DNA of 57,978 nt from Coriobacteriales bacterium. Lineage in GTDB: Bacteria; Actinomycetota; Coriobacteriia; Coriobacteriales; UBA8131. The notes beneath the pieces are model-generated. The model had not been told where the DNA came from. It made no database searches and worked only from the letters and a program-made list of their open reading frames with translations. The stretch covers positions 1 to 57,978 of the forward strand of contig JAIRQA010000128.1 in NCBI GenBank assembly GCA_031256715.1. The letters run 5' to 3'. The translations under genes and the position numbers were made by a program. Every line of letters begins with the position of its first letter. The stretch's first letter is position 1. Shown here piece after piece: positions 29,940 to 40,322 of the stretch.

Positions 29940-31909
29940 TAGGCCACCGTGTCTTCTAAACTTGAGGTTGGTTGATCACAAACAGGCTCTAAATAAAATA
30001 GCACCGAGCCAAACTCTACAGGACTGGCGTTTTCTACACAGACCTCGCGTATAATTCCCATTTGTTCAGCAGTAATCTCATTCATTAATTTCATAGCTTC
30101 TACAATACATAATGCTTGACCAGCCATAACTTCATCATTTACTTGCACATAGGGGGGCTTATCCGGAGCAGGTGCAGCATAAAAGGTGCCAACCATAGGC
30201 GCCATAACAGGTATCCAAGATGAAGGGCGACTGGCAGCAGACATAGCATTGCCGCCCGCATTGCCCAAAACAGATTGTCCTGCACCACTGTGCGTTAAAG
30301 TGCTAGCAGAAGCACCGGCAAGGTCCTTCTCGACATTATAAGCGCTTACTGCAGCAGATGCTTGCTGGATAGCATTACCATTAGCACCTGCGGCATGCTC
30401 TGCTACAGATTGCGAACGCACGGTAATCTTGGTGCCGGCTTCTTCAACTGTGACTTCGCCAACGCCAGTTTCTTCGACAACCCTAATAAGGTCTCGTATC
30501 TGATTGATATCCACGACTTGCTCCTCCTTTGTGGCAGCCGACTCCTCCTCCAACAAAAATGCAGTCTTTTCGGACGTGCGATGTTTGCTTAAATACGCAC
30601 GCGCTTCGTTGGGAAAAAGCGCCCACATTAACACATCTTCTTCGCTTTGAGCCAACTCGCCTGCCTCTGTGGCGACTTCATCATAGCTGGTGGTAACCAG
30701 CGAAGATGGCGCAACATCATCTGGCAATGCCTCGCGCGCACCTAATACCTTGCGAGCAATCTCCATGTCTAAAGGTCCTGGAGCCTTGCCATATAGCCCT
30801 GCAATATAATCCTTCATTTCTGTAGAAACTACACTCCAGCGCTTGCCGGTAAGCACATTAAAGACAGCTTGAGTACCTACAATCTGGCTCATAGGTGTTA
30901 CCAGTGGAGGGTAGCCAACCTCTGCACGAACACGCGGAATTTCATCCATAACATCGTCTAGACGATCAGCTGCCTTTTGAACTTCTAACTGGCTAATTAG
31001 ATTGCTCATCATACCACCGGGAACTTGATGCGAATAAACTTGCATGTGGATAAGGGATGTCACGCCGCGCTTGTAGCCACCACGCATGCGTACATCTTCC
31101 CAGTAGCGACTAATCTCGAAGAGTAGGTCTAGGTCTAGGTCTGTATCGTAACCAGACTCTTTTAATGCCGAGACTATCATCTCTACCGCTGGTTGCGAAT
31201 TGCCAAAAGCTAGAGGTGCGCTCGCGGTATCTACAATAGCCGCACCAGCTTCTGCCGCCTTTAGATAATTAGCAGGCGCCATGCCGCCAACATAATGACA
31301 GTGTACATGAATGGGTAATCCAACCTCTTCGCGCAAAGCCCGCACCATACGCTCTGTACGATAAGGAGTAAGCATGCCCGCCATGTCTTTAATGCAGATT
31401 GAGTCGGCACCTAATTCTTTTAATTGCAAGGAGTATTCGATATAACTATCTAATGTATGCACAGGACTCATGGTGTAAGATAAGGCACCCTCAAAATGCG
31501 CATCCGCCTCTTTTATGGCAATAGCGCAATCGCGTACATTACGAATATCATTTAGGGCATCAAAGACACGAAAAACATCTATCCCATTGCGATTACTTGC
31601 TTTAATAAAACGACTGACGATTTCTTGCGAATAATGGTGATAGCCAACAAGATTCTGACCACGCACCAACATAGAAAGCGGTGTTTTTGGGCAATGTTTT
31701 TTAATAGCACGCAGTCGTTCCCACGGATTTTCATCTAAAAAACGTAGACAGGTGTCAAAAGTAGCACCGCCCCAAGCCTCGATGGCCCAATAGCCAACAC
31801 GATCCATTTTGCTTAGGATGGGCAACATCTCGCCAATACCCATTCGCGTGGCCCAAAGCGACTGGTGCGCATCGCGAATCGTGGTGTCCATTATGCACAG
31901 TTTTCTCAT
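29939..31909 (-). CDS. Pyruvate/oxaloacetate carboxyltransferase (PycB/OadA-like) fused to a full AccB-type biotin carrier
   Basis: DTTIRDAHQS, WGGATFD, IKDMAG, HCH, QVPGGM, LVTPMSQIVG; C-terminal APMVGTFY and EAMKLMNEI; ATG 31909 follows GGAGG. Confidence 0.92.
   Translation of the reverse strand: MRKLCIMDTTIRDAHQSLWATRMGIGEMLPILSKMDRVGYWAIEAWGGATFDTCLRFLDENPWERLRAIKKHCPKTPLSMLVRGQNLVGYHHYSQEIVSRFIKASNRNGIDVFRVFDALNDIRNVRDCAIAIKEADAHFEGALSYTMSPVHTLDSYIEYSLQLKELGADSICIKDMAGMLTPYRTERMVRALREEVGLPIHVHCHYVGGMAPANYLKAAEAGAAIVDTASAPLAFGNSQPAVEMIVSALKESGYDTDLDLDLLFEISRYWEDVRMRGGYKRGVTSLIHMQVYSHQVPGGMMSNLISQLEVQKAADRLDDVMDEIPRVRAEVGYPPLVTPMSQIVGTQAVFNVLTGKRWSVVSTEMKDYIAGLYGKAPGPLDMEIARKVLGAREALPDDVAPSSLVTTSYDEVATEAGELAQSEEDVLMWALFPNEARAYLSKHRTSEKTAFLLEEESAATKEEQVVDINQIRDLIRVVEETGVGEVTVEEAGTKITVRSQSVAEHAAGANGNAIQQASAAVSAYNVEKDLAGASASTLTHSGAGQSVLGNAGGNAMSAASRPSSWIPVMAPMVGTFYAAPAPDKPPYVQVNDEVMAGQALCIVEAMKLMNEITAEQMGIIREVCVENASPVEFGSVLFYLEPVCDQPTSSLEDTVA
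30512..30530 (-). promoter_or_regulatory. Candidate internal RBS and in-frame GTG start at the AccB domain boundary
   Basis: Minus strand AAAGGAGGAG-CAAGTC-GTG GAT ATC AAT. Confidence 0.55.
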
Positions 31910-32142
31910 AGCACCTCCCTTTGGGCGTAGAATTATAATGTTGATAAGTACCATCTGCTCTTAAGCATCCACTAAAGGAAGCATGTCGCAGTCTGCCGAA
32001 CTTCTGGCAAAAAAGTGGTGAAAATTTCATCGCAACCATTTTGTTTTCTAGGCGGCAAACAAGCTTCTTGCAAAAGCCACGGGCACAGTCCCGAAACCGA
32101 GCAAGCAAAATAGCTTGACGAACCCAGAAGGCAAAATAGTGA

Positions 32143-32216
32143 TGGCTGGGGCAGCAGGATTCGAACCTACATAGCTGGCACCAAAAACCAGAGTCCTGCC
32201 ATTGGACGATGCCCCA
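32143..32216 (-). tRNA. tRNA-Gln (anticodon UUG), CCA encoded
   Basis: tggggca acceptor, gtcc/ggac D-arm, ctggt-ttTTGgt-gccag anticodon arm, GTTCGAAT T-loop, tgcccca-g-cca. Confidence 0.96.
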
Positions 32217-32228
32217 ATGGAACTTTCT

Positions 32229-32257
32229 ATTCTACCACAGCTGTTTGATTCAAACAA
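32229..32257 (-). promoter_or_regulatory. Housekeeping-sigma promoter for tRNA-Gln
   Basis: TTGTTT-17 nt-TAGAAT with extended -10 TG. Confidence 0.55.
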
Positions 32258-32438
32258 AAGCAATTGGCAGATGCCACCGCCGAGCGGCAATGAGCGGCTT
32301 TAAATCGCACGTTAAATCTATCACCTGTAGTTAAACACACAAAACAAAACACAAGGAAACAGACACCAAAAAACTGTTTTTTGCTTAAACAAGACAATGG
32401 TTTCTTGCTTAACTACGACCTAATACCCTTAAAACCTA

Positions 32439-35400
32439 CTATATGACTTGGGCATCTTTGCCAATGTTGCCTGTCTTAGTTTCGATGCTCACTAAATTTT
32501 TATCAGTCTGAGGCTCAGGGTTTTTCTTAGCATTATTTTCCTTTCGCCTACGGAAAACAACATATACGATTATGGCAGCAACAAAAAGTAAGAAAAGCAA
32601 AACTACAATAGGCGTATAAAAGTTTATCCAAACTACAGCACCATCTGGCCAATCTAAAATAGCCCAAACAATAACAGTAGCCAGCGCAATTGCCATTGCC
32701 AAAAAACGACTTATGACAATGCTTAAGCACGCATTACGATTTCTTATAGACTGAACCAAAAGGATGATAAAGCTAATTGCGGCAATTAATGCTAAGATCA
32801 GATTAAGCAGTGACCAGACCATTACGGCATTAAAACTGCCTAATGGGATTTTGCCATCAAACAAATCTTTTAATAGATTGCCACTTTGGCTCATTAGTAA
32901 TTCGGCGTCAGTTTCGCTAAAGCCAGCATCAACATAGGGATTGCCTGGAGCAGTTGGCGTAGCTGGTGGCGCAACAACTGTGCTATTGGCCTTATACTGA
33001 GCTATGACATCTAAGTCAGACTGTATGTTGTCAAATGCTGGTAGCCAACCAATAAACGTATATCCTGCTCTTTTGGGGCTTGGCGGAGCAGTAGCACTAC
33101 CGCCCTTTAAAACCTGTTCGGTCTTTAGTTCTTTTTTATCCCAATCTAAGAAATTTACGGTAAAGTAGACCTCGTTGTCTTTGTCAGCATCACTTCCGCC
33201 GCCAGAGCCTCCATTACCTCCGCCGTTGTCGCCGCCGCCAGAGCCACCATTACCTCCGCCGTTGTTGCCGCCACCGCCATTTCCACCGTTTCCTCCATCT
33301 CCGCCGCCGTTGTCGCCGCCGCCAGAGCCTCCATTACCTCCACCGCCAGAGCCAATATAAGTAAATTGCGCATATGTATCAACATTTGCCTGAACGTTAT
33401 TGTATGGGACAGACCAACCTGTAAATCTATAGTCAGTTCTATTTGGCACTGTAGGGGCAATCGCCGAGCCACCCTGAATCACAGTCTGAGAACTAAGGAT
33501 AGCGCCATCCCAATTAATGAAACGCACTGTAAAGTAGATATCAGTAGAAACATCAAGAAGTCTATATTGTGCCCAAGTGTCTATATCTGCTTTAACATTG
33601 TTAAAAGGTAGCGACCAACCAGTGAACACATAGCCTGTCCTAAAGGGGTTTGTTGGAGCAACAGCTATGCCACCGTAACCAATATTTTGGGAACTAAGCA
33701 ATGTCCCGTCCCAATCTAAAAAGCGTACTTTATAGGTATTTAAGCTGTACCGAGCATAAACGTCTAAATCAGTAGTCACATTTGCAAATTGCTTGTCCCA
33801 GCCAATGAAGGTGTATCCCTGATGCGCTGGCACAATAAAGTTTACTTGAGCACCTAATCCATGTAAAACTTGCATCTGTGCTAGCATGCTATTATCTAAA
33901 GAATCAAAAAATCGAACAGTGTGATATTGCGGTGGAGCTTGCTCTATAACTATTCGAAAACTCTTTTGCGCCGCAAAATTGCCACTTAAATCAGCAACAT
34001 TTACATAAACCAGATACTCGCCAGGTTGACTATCATCTAAAGCTGCAAAGCCTCCTGTCACATAAACATTTGCTGGCGTTGACACACGATAATATTTAAA
34101 AGTGACTGTCGACGTTAAGTCGCCTTGGTACGAATCTAGCGCGCTAACGCCAAGTGCACTTTCTGTAGTAGGTAATCCGCCAACACTATAGTGTAATGCC
34201 GCAGGTGCTGTAATCACAGGCGCAATATTATCTACAACTTTAACGCGAATCTCTACTGTACTTTCGTCGCCATTATCAAATGTAGCTTTTACAGTTACTA
34301 ATTTATCAAAGCCATTTGTAACATATCTATAATCATTATCGCTAAGAAGCGTATAGCTTAACTGGGGCGTAACATTTACAGCATACCCTTGCCTCCAAAA
34401 CTTCGCTTTATCTATTGCCTCTTGTTTAATTTTGGCATTGTTGGCGGCGGTGTGCAGCAGCGGTTGCGGCGTAGCATATTGCTCGTTAACAGGTAGCTCA
34501 AACTTGGTTGTCTCTATAGTCATAGAAAAGCTATTACTGCCATCATCCCAAACGGCAACAAGAGTAAAAGATGATGAAACCGCAGAATCAAAGTCATAAG
34601 CGGTATTGGGGTCAGCGCCTTTTACATACCAGCGCACAAAAGTATGACCTGTCCTTGTGGGGTCTTGAGGCTTAACAACCTTACCACCAGTGGGAATAAC
34701 TTGTGCTTGGGGGGCTGTGCCATCGCCACCATTAATGTCAAAGTCCACTACATTTGCAGATACCTGAATAGTTAATGTTGCGGGCACAGAAGGATTGCCC
34801 GCAGGATCTATATAATCTATGCGATACTTATATGTGCCTGGCACTGCTGTATCTAAACTTGAGCCTAGAGCGGTAAATGTTAGCTTAGAGCGGTCAAGTG
34901 AGTCTTGGGTGTCAAAGAAATTTACTCCCGCTTTAACAAGATTAGCAAAATCATTTGATGTTAAGTTAGGTGAGTTCACTGCCACAGTGTGGGAAATATC
35001 TTTAAGAGTTGCAGAAATAGTGTCACGAACAATAATCTTGCGTTCAGCTTTGGCAACTTGCCCATCATCATCTGCTGTAGATGTGTAGACGATAGTATAT
35101 TCGCCTTTTATAGCATTTGAAATTGTGGTGTTATCAATAAATGAAAACTGCGTATCGGGTGCTAGTGTTAAAGGATTGTGAGTAATTGCACTACTATTAA
35201 TAGTAGCAAGAAGTGTACCAGTTGCACCTCCGCTCATGACTTCAACCTTCTGAACACCTACAGGACTTTTGTCGTCTCTAACTTTGCCGCGTGTCCACTC
35301 GGGAACAGGTCCCAATTTATACTCGACATTAGCGTTGCTTATTAACGCATCAAACCAAGGCGCTCCGGTCTTTTTTAACTTAACGCCAGCTGTACGACCT

Positions 35401-38400
35401 GCGCTAGACTTCAAAACATCGCCTGAAGCGTCTGTAAAGCTATATATAGTGCGACCTAAAGCTGCTTGTCCATATAAAACATTATTGCCATTAACTGCGG
35501 GAGAAACAAAACCAAAGGTAGCTTCATAAAGGTTGTTTCCATCTACTGTTGGTAAAGACCCTGATTCAAACTTCAGAGCCGAAACATTTTGTGGCAAGGT
35601 GCTTCCTGGTGTGTATAGCGTCCAGCTTAAACTTGTATCAGTGTTGTCTGCAAGCTGCATTGCCAAGGCATCATCTGTTGGGTCTGCCGCATCAGTTGTA
35701 TACCAAACATTAAAACCAAGTGCAGCGCCTTTCTGTACCGTAATGTTGCCATCAGCTGTTAGCGGCCAACTATTTGCGCCAACGCCATTATATCTGGGTA
35801 AGATAAAGTATGCTGTGGGATTATTAAACTCTTCGCCTGATGAGTTTAAAAGACGAATACGAAATTGCCCTGTATCACCAGCAATGATTTCGGGAACATC
35901 CCCACCAGCTTGATAGGTGCGAAAAACGGTGGTGTCATAAGGAGTTGTGTTGTAAACATCAACACCAACCTCTGCTTCGGCAAAAGACGATGACTTTAGA
36001 TCGATACCGCCACCTGTAAGGTATGCTCCGCCAGACGCAGCCGGCAACCATGTAGAGCCCGTCTTTAACAATGCGGCTTCAGAGATATCACGATAATAGA
36101 TTCCCTGAACAGTGTTGTTTGCGTAATAACCGGCATGTTCCCAATCGCTAGTTGCCACAAGACCAAAAGCGCCAATCTTGCCTGACATAGAATCAGCCAC
36201 AAAAAGATCCAAAGAAACGCCAATGGTATTGTCTAACCATGTCCACTTTGTTCCGGTGTTAGGATCGACATAAACGCTATTATATTTATTGTCAACTGTT
36301 AGACCCTTAAACTCTACAGCAACAACATACGAAGCAGTCGCCGAACCTAAGCTATATTGCACTGGCTTACCGTTTGCATCAAGCAAAAGACGAACATTAA
36401 AATCACTTTTGTCTACTTCACGAGCACTGCGATTACCAGAAGCGTCTACATCGGCAATCCAGGCAGACACAGAATCCTTTAAATTGCTTGGCAGCTGCAA
36501 GCCTTTAGGAACCAGAAAAAGGGCAACGGGGTCATGGTAAGCATAATAACCACTCCCCTGATACGATCCTGTTACCACATCGCGATGCAACACAGAAACC
36601 TCACCATAAAGACTAACTTTACCCCCAAGCGAAACATCACTTAGCGAAGTCCCCCATTCGTCAGCTGGTTTTGCGTAATCATGAAGTTGCATATTGCTAA
36701 CATAATATGTCTGACTTAAACGTTTTGTAATGGTGATAGCTTGCTTATTGTGTTCGTTGTTACTATCATCATAAGAGACATACCCGCCCGCTTCTATAAT
36801 GCTACTGTCGCCTTCGGGCAGTAAAACGCCATTAACCTCTATAGATGCTTGCGTATAAGCAACATCGCCATTAATGTCCCATGTAGCATCAACACGACCG
36901 TACATCTCAAATAGTGCGTTACTAAGGCCATAAGCGCCCTCCCAAGAACCACTCTTCCAATATGGATTTCCAAAAGCAATCTTTTCTATATGCTCAAAAG
37001 TCAAGTTATAATAATTACCTGTGGTCAGAGCTGGAAGTCCATGGGCAGAAAAATCGATATAGGTTTCAGACGCTTTATTTATCACAAAATCGCGTGTGTT
37101 ACCAAGACTGTCACTGTAGCGCACTATACCGGTAGTGCCATTATCATTATATAAGCCTATTTTGCCATCAGCCGCATTAAAGTTTATGCCTTGAACATAA
37201 GTATCGCCAGGCAAGCTGGGATTATCAAGTATATCTACTTTAATTGAAACATCTTTTACTGCAGGATCAAATTCTTTTAAATAAAGACGTGTAAGATATT
37301 GTCGGTCTTGACCACGGTAAATATAACCAAAACCATCGTTGTCATTTGTTCCTGGGCGCATCCATGACTGAGTGTGTGGAGCCATATATAAATCGAAAGG
37401 CAGATTTACTAAACGCACAGACAAGGCTGGCAAGTTACTGTTTACCAAGGCTTCTTGCTCTGCCGGTAGATTATCGCCAAAGCCATTGTGCTTAGCACTA
37501 AAATGCAAGGCCTCAGTTAAAAATTGCAATGTGACATTGGCGCTACTAGGAAAGACATCCAAAACTGTTAATTTAAAGGGAACAGATACCTTAGAACCAT
37601 AGCTTAAATCACCAAGATAAACACGGCTGGCGCCAGGAATTTTGTAAGTTAAAACGCCATTGTTTAAGTCCCAGCTAGCACCTGAGGGCAAGTTATCTGG
37701 TTGTTCAACCTTTAAGACTTGGTCAAGCGATAAGCCATTAGCACTAAGAAAGTCGGCAATTGCAACTGAACCTGTTCCGGTATCAATCATAAGCTTGTTA
37801 AAGTCTATGCTTACAACATTATCTTGCAGTGCACCAGACCACGAATTAAGACTATAAACAGAGTCCGTAAGCGAATCAGCAGGAAAACCTGATGCCAAGA
37901 CATCTAGGTTTACTTGCATTGTAGAGCCATCACGTCTAAAAATGTTATTGGGATAATCTGCAGAAGTGAAGCAATCATAGAGCTTCTGAGTAGTAGATAC
38001 ATATGTTGCCTTAAGAGTATTTTGCTTAGGACTTAGGCTTTCTTCTGCAAATGCTGCATTAATATCAAGGTAGTCACCGCTCATGCCATTAAAGACCTTA
38101 TCCGGCAATAATCTAAATACCACTCTGGCAGACGTTCTAATGGTAGAGCCAGATGACTTAAAATTGTAGGTAATTGTTTTTTGCGATCCATTCTGACCCA
38201 TAGTTGGCGCGCCAACCATTCCCACAGGTGTATTAGCTAAAATGGCCTGATAGCAATCGGGATAAGAAATTGTTAGCGAATACTTGGTGTCAACCTTTGC
38301 AAAGTTTAAAACATGTTCACTTAGATACTGGTATTGCGGCGACGCGCCATAAGGGTCATAAGACTTTGTAACATCAAAGGCAACCATGCTTTGAGCAACA

Positions 38401-39209
38401 CCATTTACTGCCCACGCACTCTGAAAGCCATCGGCAAACGGCTGCAGAAATGATGTTGGCAAAACTAAACCACGAAGATTATCGTCATTTACTGGCGCGC
38501 CAACATCAACGACATCAAATTGCTCATTTTTAGCTGCTGTCTCTTCCTGTGAACTTTCCTCACTTTGTTCACTATGCGCACCTAACTCACCTAACCCATT
38601 TTGCAGATTAAAATCGCCGCCCTCATTTAACTCTTCTTTTGTCGCAGACTCATTACTTAAGGCCTCAGACTGCCCTTCCGTAGTTTCATCATTATTTTTA
38701 TGTTGAGAAAAACTAACATCTTCGTTATCTGTTTGTGCATCGTTAGTTTCTGAACCGATAGGGGCAAGTAAGTTCTCGCCAAAGCTTTCTTCATCTGCTG
38801 AGCTACTGTCGACAGATTGCACATCTGTGCCTGACGATAAAACCACAGGTACGCCACTAACCTCATACTGCTCGCTTGCAGTCAACTCAGAGTTTGCCTG
38901 TGAATCGCTGATAACATTGGCATTCAGAGAAACTAGATCGCTTGGGGCGCGCGTCGCATCTAGTGTAGCTTGCTCATCTTGTTCTAAGACATTTTCGCCT
39001 CCCGCAAATGCCAGTGCCGGAATTATAGAAAGCAGCAGCAAAAAAGATAGTAAATACATTACTGCGCTTCGCGAAAAAGTTCTCTTTTTTGGTTTTATAG
39101 CCATTCTTTTATTGCAATGTCTTGACTGCTCTAAATTAATGTCATCCATAATTTCGTCCTGCATTTGCTCCTGCGTCTGTTTACGAAAGCTCAATTTGCT
39201 CTCCCTCAT
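32439..39209 (-). CDS. Giant cell-surface protein: signal peptide, Ig-like domains, about 5 InlB B-repeat/Flg_new-like domains, Gly-rich tract, three C-terminal TM helices
   Basis: KPKKR...IIPALAFA; repeats Y.V.F.DWDG...P..P.R.GY.F.GW; DNIAPVI...PGEY.V...DLSGN; start codon uncertain. Confidence 0.8.
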   Translation of the reverse strand: MRESKLSFRKQTQEQMQDEIMDDINLEQSRHCNKRMAIKPKKRTFSRSAVMYLLSFLLLLSIIPALAFAGGENVLEQDEQATLDATRAPSDLVSLNANVISDSQANSELTASEQYEVSGVPVVLSSGTDVQSVDSSSADEESFGENLLAPIGSETNDAQTDNEDVSFSQHKNNDETTEGQSEALSNESATKEELNEGGDFNLQNGLGELGAHSEQSEESSQEETAAKNEQFDVVDVGAPVNDDNLRGLVLPTSFLQPFADGFQSAWAVNGVAQSMVAFDVTKSYDPYGASPQYQYLSEHVLNFAKVDTKYSLTISYPDCYQAILANTPVGMVGAPTMGQNGSQKTITYNFKSSGSTIRTSARVVFRLLPDKVFNGMSGDYLDINAAFAEESLSPKQNTLKATYVSTTQKLYDCFTSADYPNNIFRRDGSTMQVNLDVLASGFPADSLTDSVYSLNSWSGALQDNVVSIDFNKLMIDTGTGSVAIADFLSANGLSLDQVLKVEQPDNLPSGASWDLNNGVLTYKIPGASRVYLGDLSYGSKVSVPFKLTVLDVFPSSANVTLQFLTEALHFSAKHNGFGDNLPAEQEALVNSNLPALSVRLVNLPFDLYMAPHTQSWMRPGTNDNDGFGYIYRGQDRQYLTRLYLKEFDPAVKDVSIKVDILDNPSLPGDTYVQGINFNAADGKIGLYNDNGTTGIVRYSDSLGNTRDFVINKASETYIDFSAHGLPALTTGNYYNLTFEHIEKIAFGNPYWKSGSWEGAYGLSNALFEMYGRVDATWDINGDVAYTQASIEVNGVLLPEGDSSIIEAGGYVSYDDSNNEHNKQAITITKRLSQTYYVSNMQLHDYAKPADEWGTSLSDVSLGGKVSLYGEVSVLHRDVVTGSYQGSGYYAYHDPVALFLVPKGLQLPSNLKDSVSAWIADVDASGNRSAREVDKSDFNVRLLLDANGKPVQYSLGSATASYVVAVEFKGLTVDNKYNSVYVDPNTGTKWTWLDNTIGVSLDLFVADSMSGKIGAFGLVATSDWEHAGYYANNTVQGIYYRDISEAALLKTGSTWLPAASGGAYLTGGGIDLKSSSFAEAEVGVDVYNTTPYDTTVFRTYQAGGDVPEIIAGDTGQFRIRLLNSSGEEFNNPTAYFILPRYNGVGANSWPLTADGNITVQKGAALGFNVWYTTDAADPTDDALAMQLADNTDTSLSWTLYTPGSTLPQNVSALKFESGSLPTVDGNNLYEATFGFVSPAVNGNNVLYGQAALGRTIYSFTDASGDVLKSSAGRTAGVKLKKTGAPWFDALISNANVEYKLGPVPEWTRGKVRDDKSPVGVQKVEVMSGGATGTLLATINSSAITHNPLTLAPDTQFSFIDNTTISNAIKGEYTIVYTSTADDDGQVAKAERKIIVRDTISATLKDISHTVAVNSPNLTSNDFANLVKAGVNFFDTQDSLDRSKLTFTALGSSLDTAVPGTYKYRIDYIDPAGNPSVPATLTIQVSANVVDFDINGGDGTAPQAQVIPTGGKVVKPQDPTRTGHTFVRWYVKGADPNTAYDFDSAVSSSFTLVAVWDDGSNSFSMTIETTKFELPVNEQYATPQPLLHTAANNAKIKQEAIDKAKFWRQGYAVNVTPQLSYTLLSDNDYRYVTNGFDKLVTVKATFDNGDESTVEIRVKVVDNIAPVITAPAALHYSVGGLPTTESALGVSALDSYQGDLTSTVTFKYYRVSTPANVYVTGGFAALDDSQPGEYLVYVNVADLSGNFAAQKSFRIVIEQAPPQYHTVRFFDSLDNSMLAQMQVLHGLGAQVNFIVPAHQGYTFIGWDKQFANVTTDLDVYARYSLNTYKVRFLDWDGTLLSSQNIGYGGIAVAPTNPFRTGYVFTGWSLPFNNVKADIDTWAQYRLLDVSTDIYFTVRFINWDGAILSSQTVIQGGSAIAPTVPNRTDYRFTGWSVPYNNVQANVDTYAQFTYIGSGGGGNGGSGGGDNGGGDGGNGGNGGGGNNGGGNGGSGGGDNGGGNGGSGGGSDADKDNEVYFTVNFLDWDKKELKTEQVLKGGSATAPPSPKRAGYTFIGWLPAFDNIQSDLDVIAQYKANSTVVAPPATPTAPGNPYVDAGFSETDAELLMSQSGNLLKDLFDGKIPLGSFNAVMVWSLLNLILALIAAISFIILLVQSIRNRNACLSIVISRFLAMAIALATVIVWAILDWPDGAVVWINFYTPIVVLLFLLFVAAIIVYVVFRRRKENNAKKNPEPQTDKNLVSIETKTGNIGKDAQVI
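33195..33352 (-). repeat. Gly-rich repeat (about 36-bp units, GSGGGDNGGGNG)
   Basis: ccgccagagcc(t/a)ccattacctcc recurs three times. Confidence 0.9.
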
Positions 39210-39377
39210 TAATCAACTCGCCCTATCTACAATCTACAATTATCTAAAATTATTTCCCTTAAGATCCCCATACAGCTCATAGCTAAATAACTATTAGCCA
39301 CATACAATAGACTCTACCATAATTTATTATTTTGTCTTTACAAATCTAGCGTTTTATTTGATCTAATCGGCAAAAGG

Positions 39378-40232
39378 TTAATTATTAGCAAATTTGGTAG
39401 CCGCCTGCACCACATGCTTACACAAAACGCTAGTTGTCACTTTGCCAATGCCACCAGGAACAGGTGTTATTGCATCAACAATATTTACAGCAGCGGAAAA
39501 ATCTACGTCACCAACGAGTTGCCCGTTATTCTCGACATTAATTCCTACATCAATAACGGTTTGCCCTGGACGCAAATGATTGGCGTCAACTAATCTGGCG
39601 CGACCAACAGCGGCAATGACCAAGTCGGCCTGACGCACAATTTCTGGTAAGTTAATACTGCGCGAGTGTGCAATTGTTACTGTCGAATTACGATCGAGCA
39701 TCATCATGGCAACAGGCTTGCCCACAACCAAACTACGACCAACAACTACCGCATTTTTGCCAGAAAAGTCATAGTTGTAATGTTCAAGAAGTTCGATGCA
39801 AGACTGTGCGGTGCAAGGTGCGAAGCCTACATTTTCACCAGCATAAACAGAAGCAATAGACTTGTCGGTTATGCCATCGACATCTTTATCTGGATTTATA
39901 GCGTTGCGTACAACATCTTCATCTATATGCGCCGGAAGCGGACAGAGCAAAAGTATGCCGTGAATGCTAGCATCATCGTTTAATCTTATAATGGTATCTA
40001 AGACCTGCTTTTGCGTTGCGTCTTTAGAAAGTAGGTATTTGCTTGTTGCCACGCCCACATCCTCGCAGCGCTTTATAGCACCTCGCTCGTAAGCAATTTC
40101 GTCTTTAAGTTCACCTACCCTAACAATTGCTAGTGTAGGCTTAACGCCTCGTTGCTCTAGCTCTTTAACACTTTTTGTCGTGTCGGCGTTCATTACCTCT
40201 ACAACATCACGGCCATTAAGCAGTTTTGTCAT
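39378..40232 (-). CDS. folD: Methylene-THF dehydrogenase FolD, probably monofunctional
   Basis: KDVDG, PCT, GRSLVVGKP, IDVGIN, GDVDF, TPVPGGIG; YxxxK reads YERGA. Confidence 0.93.
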   Translation of the reverse strand: MTKLLNGRDVVEVMNADTTKSVKELEQRGVKPTLAIVRVGELKDEIAYERGAIKRCEDVGVATSKYLLSKDATQKQVLDTIIRLNDDASIHGILLLCPLPAHIDEDVVRNAINPDKDVDGITDKSIASVYAGENVGFAPCTAQSCIELLEHYNYDFSGKNAVVVGRSLVVGKPVAMMMLDRNSTVTIAHSRSINLPEIVRQADLVIAAVGRARLVDANHLRPGQTVIDVGINVENNGQLVGDVDFSAAVNIVDAITPVPGGIGKVTTSVLCKHVVQAATKFANN

Positions 40233-40322
40233 TTACATCCTCCTCCAATTACCCCGCGGCTAAGTTTATGCCACAGATTGTACATTAAACTTTGTATTAA
40301 AGTTCATTACCCCGACATACCC

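Noticed and set aside
32051-32120. c-di-GMP-I riboswitch (ggcaaac...caaaagccacggg)
   Set aside because: Lacks the GAAA-capped P2 and a closing P1, and lies antisense to the flanking genes
32048-32290. 80-aa ORF
   Set aside because: Spans the tRNA-Gln gene; spurious
33155-33472. Pro-rich and Ala/Thr-rich ORFs
   Set aside because: Alternative-frame shadows of the Gly-rich tract
32143-39209. tRNA-anchored genomic island carrying the surface protein
   Set aside because: The gene lies 5' of the tRNA; no integrase and no duplicated tRNA 3' end seen
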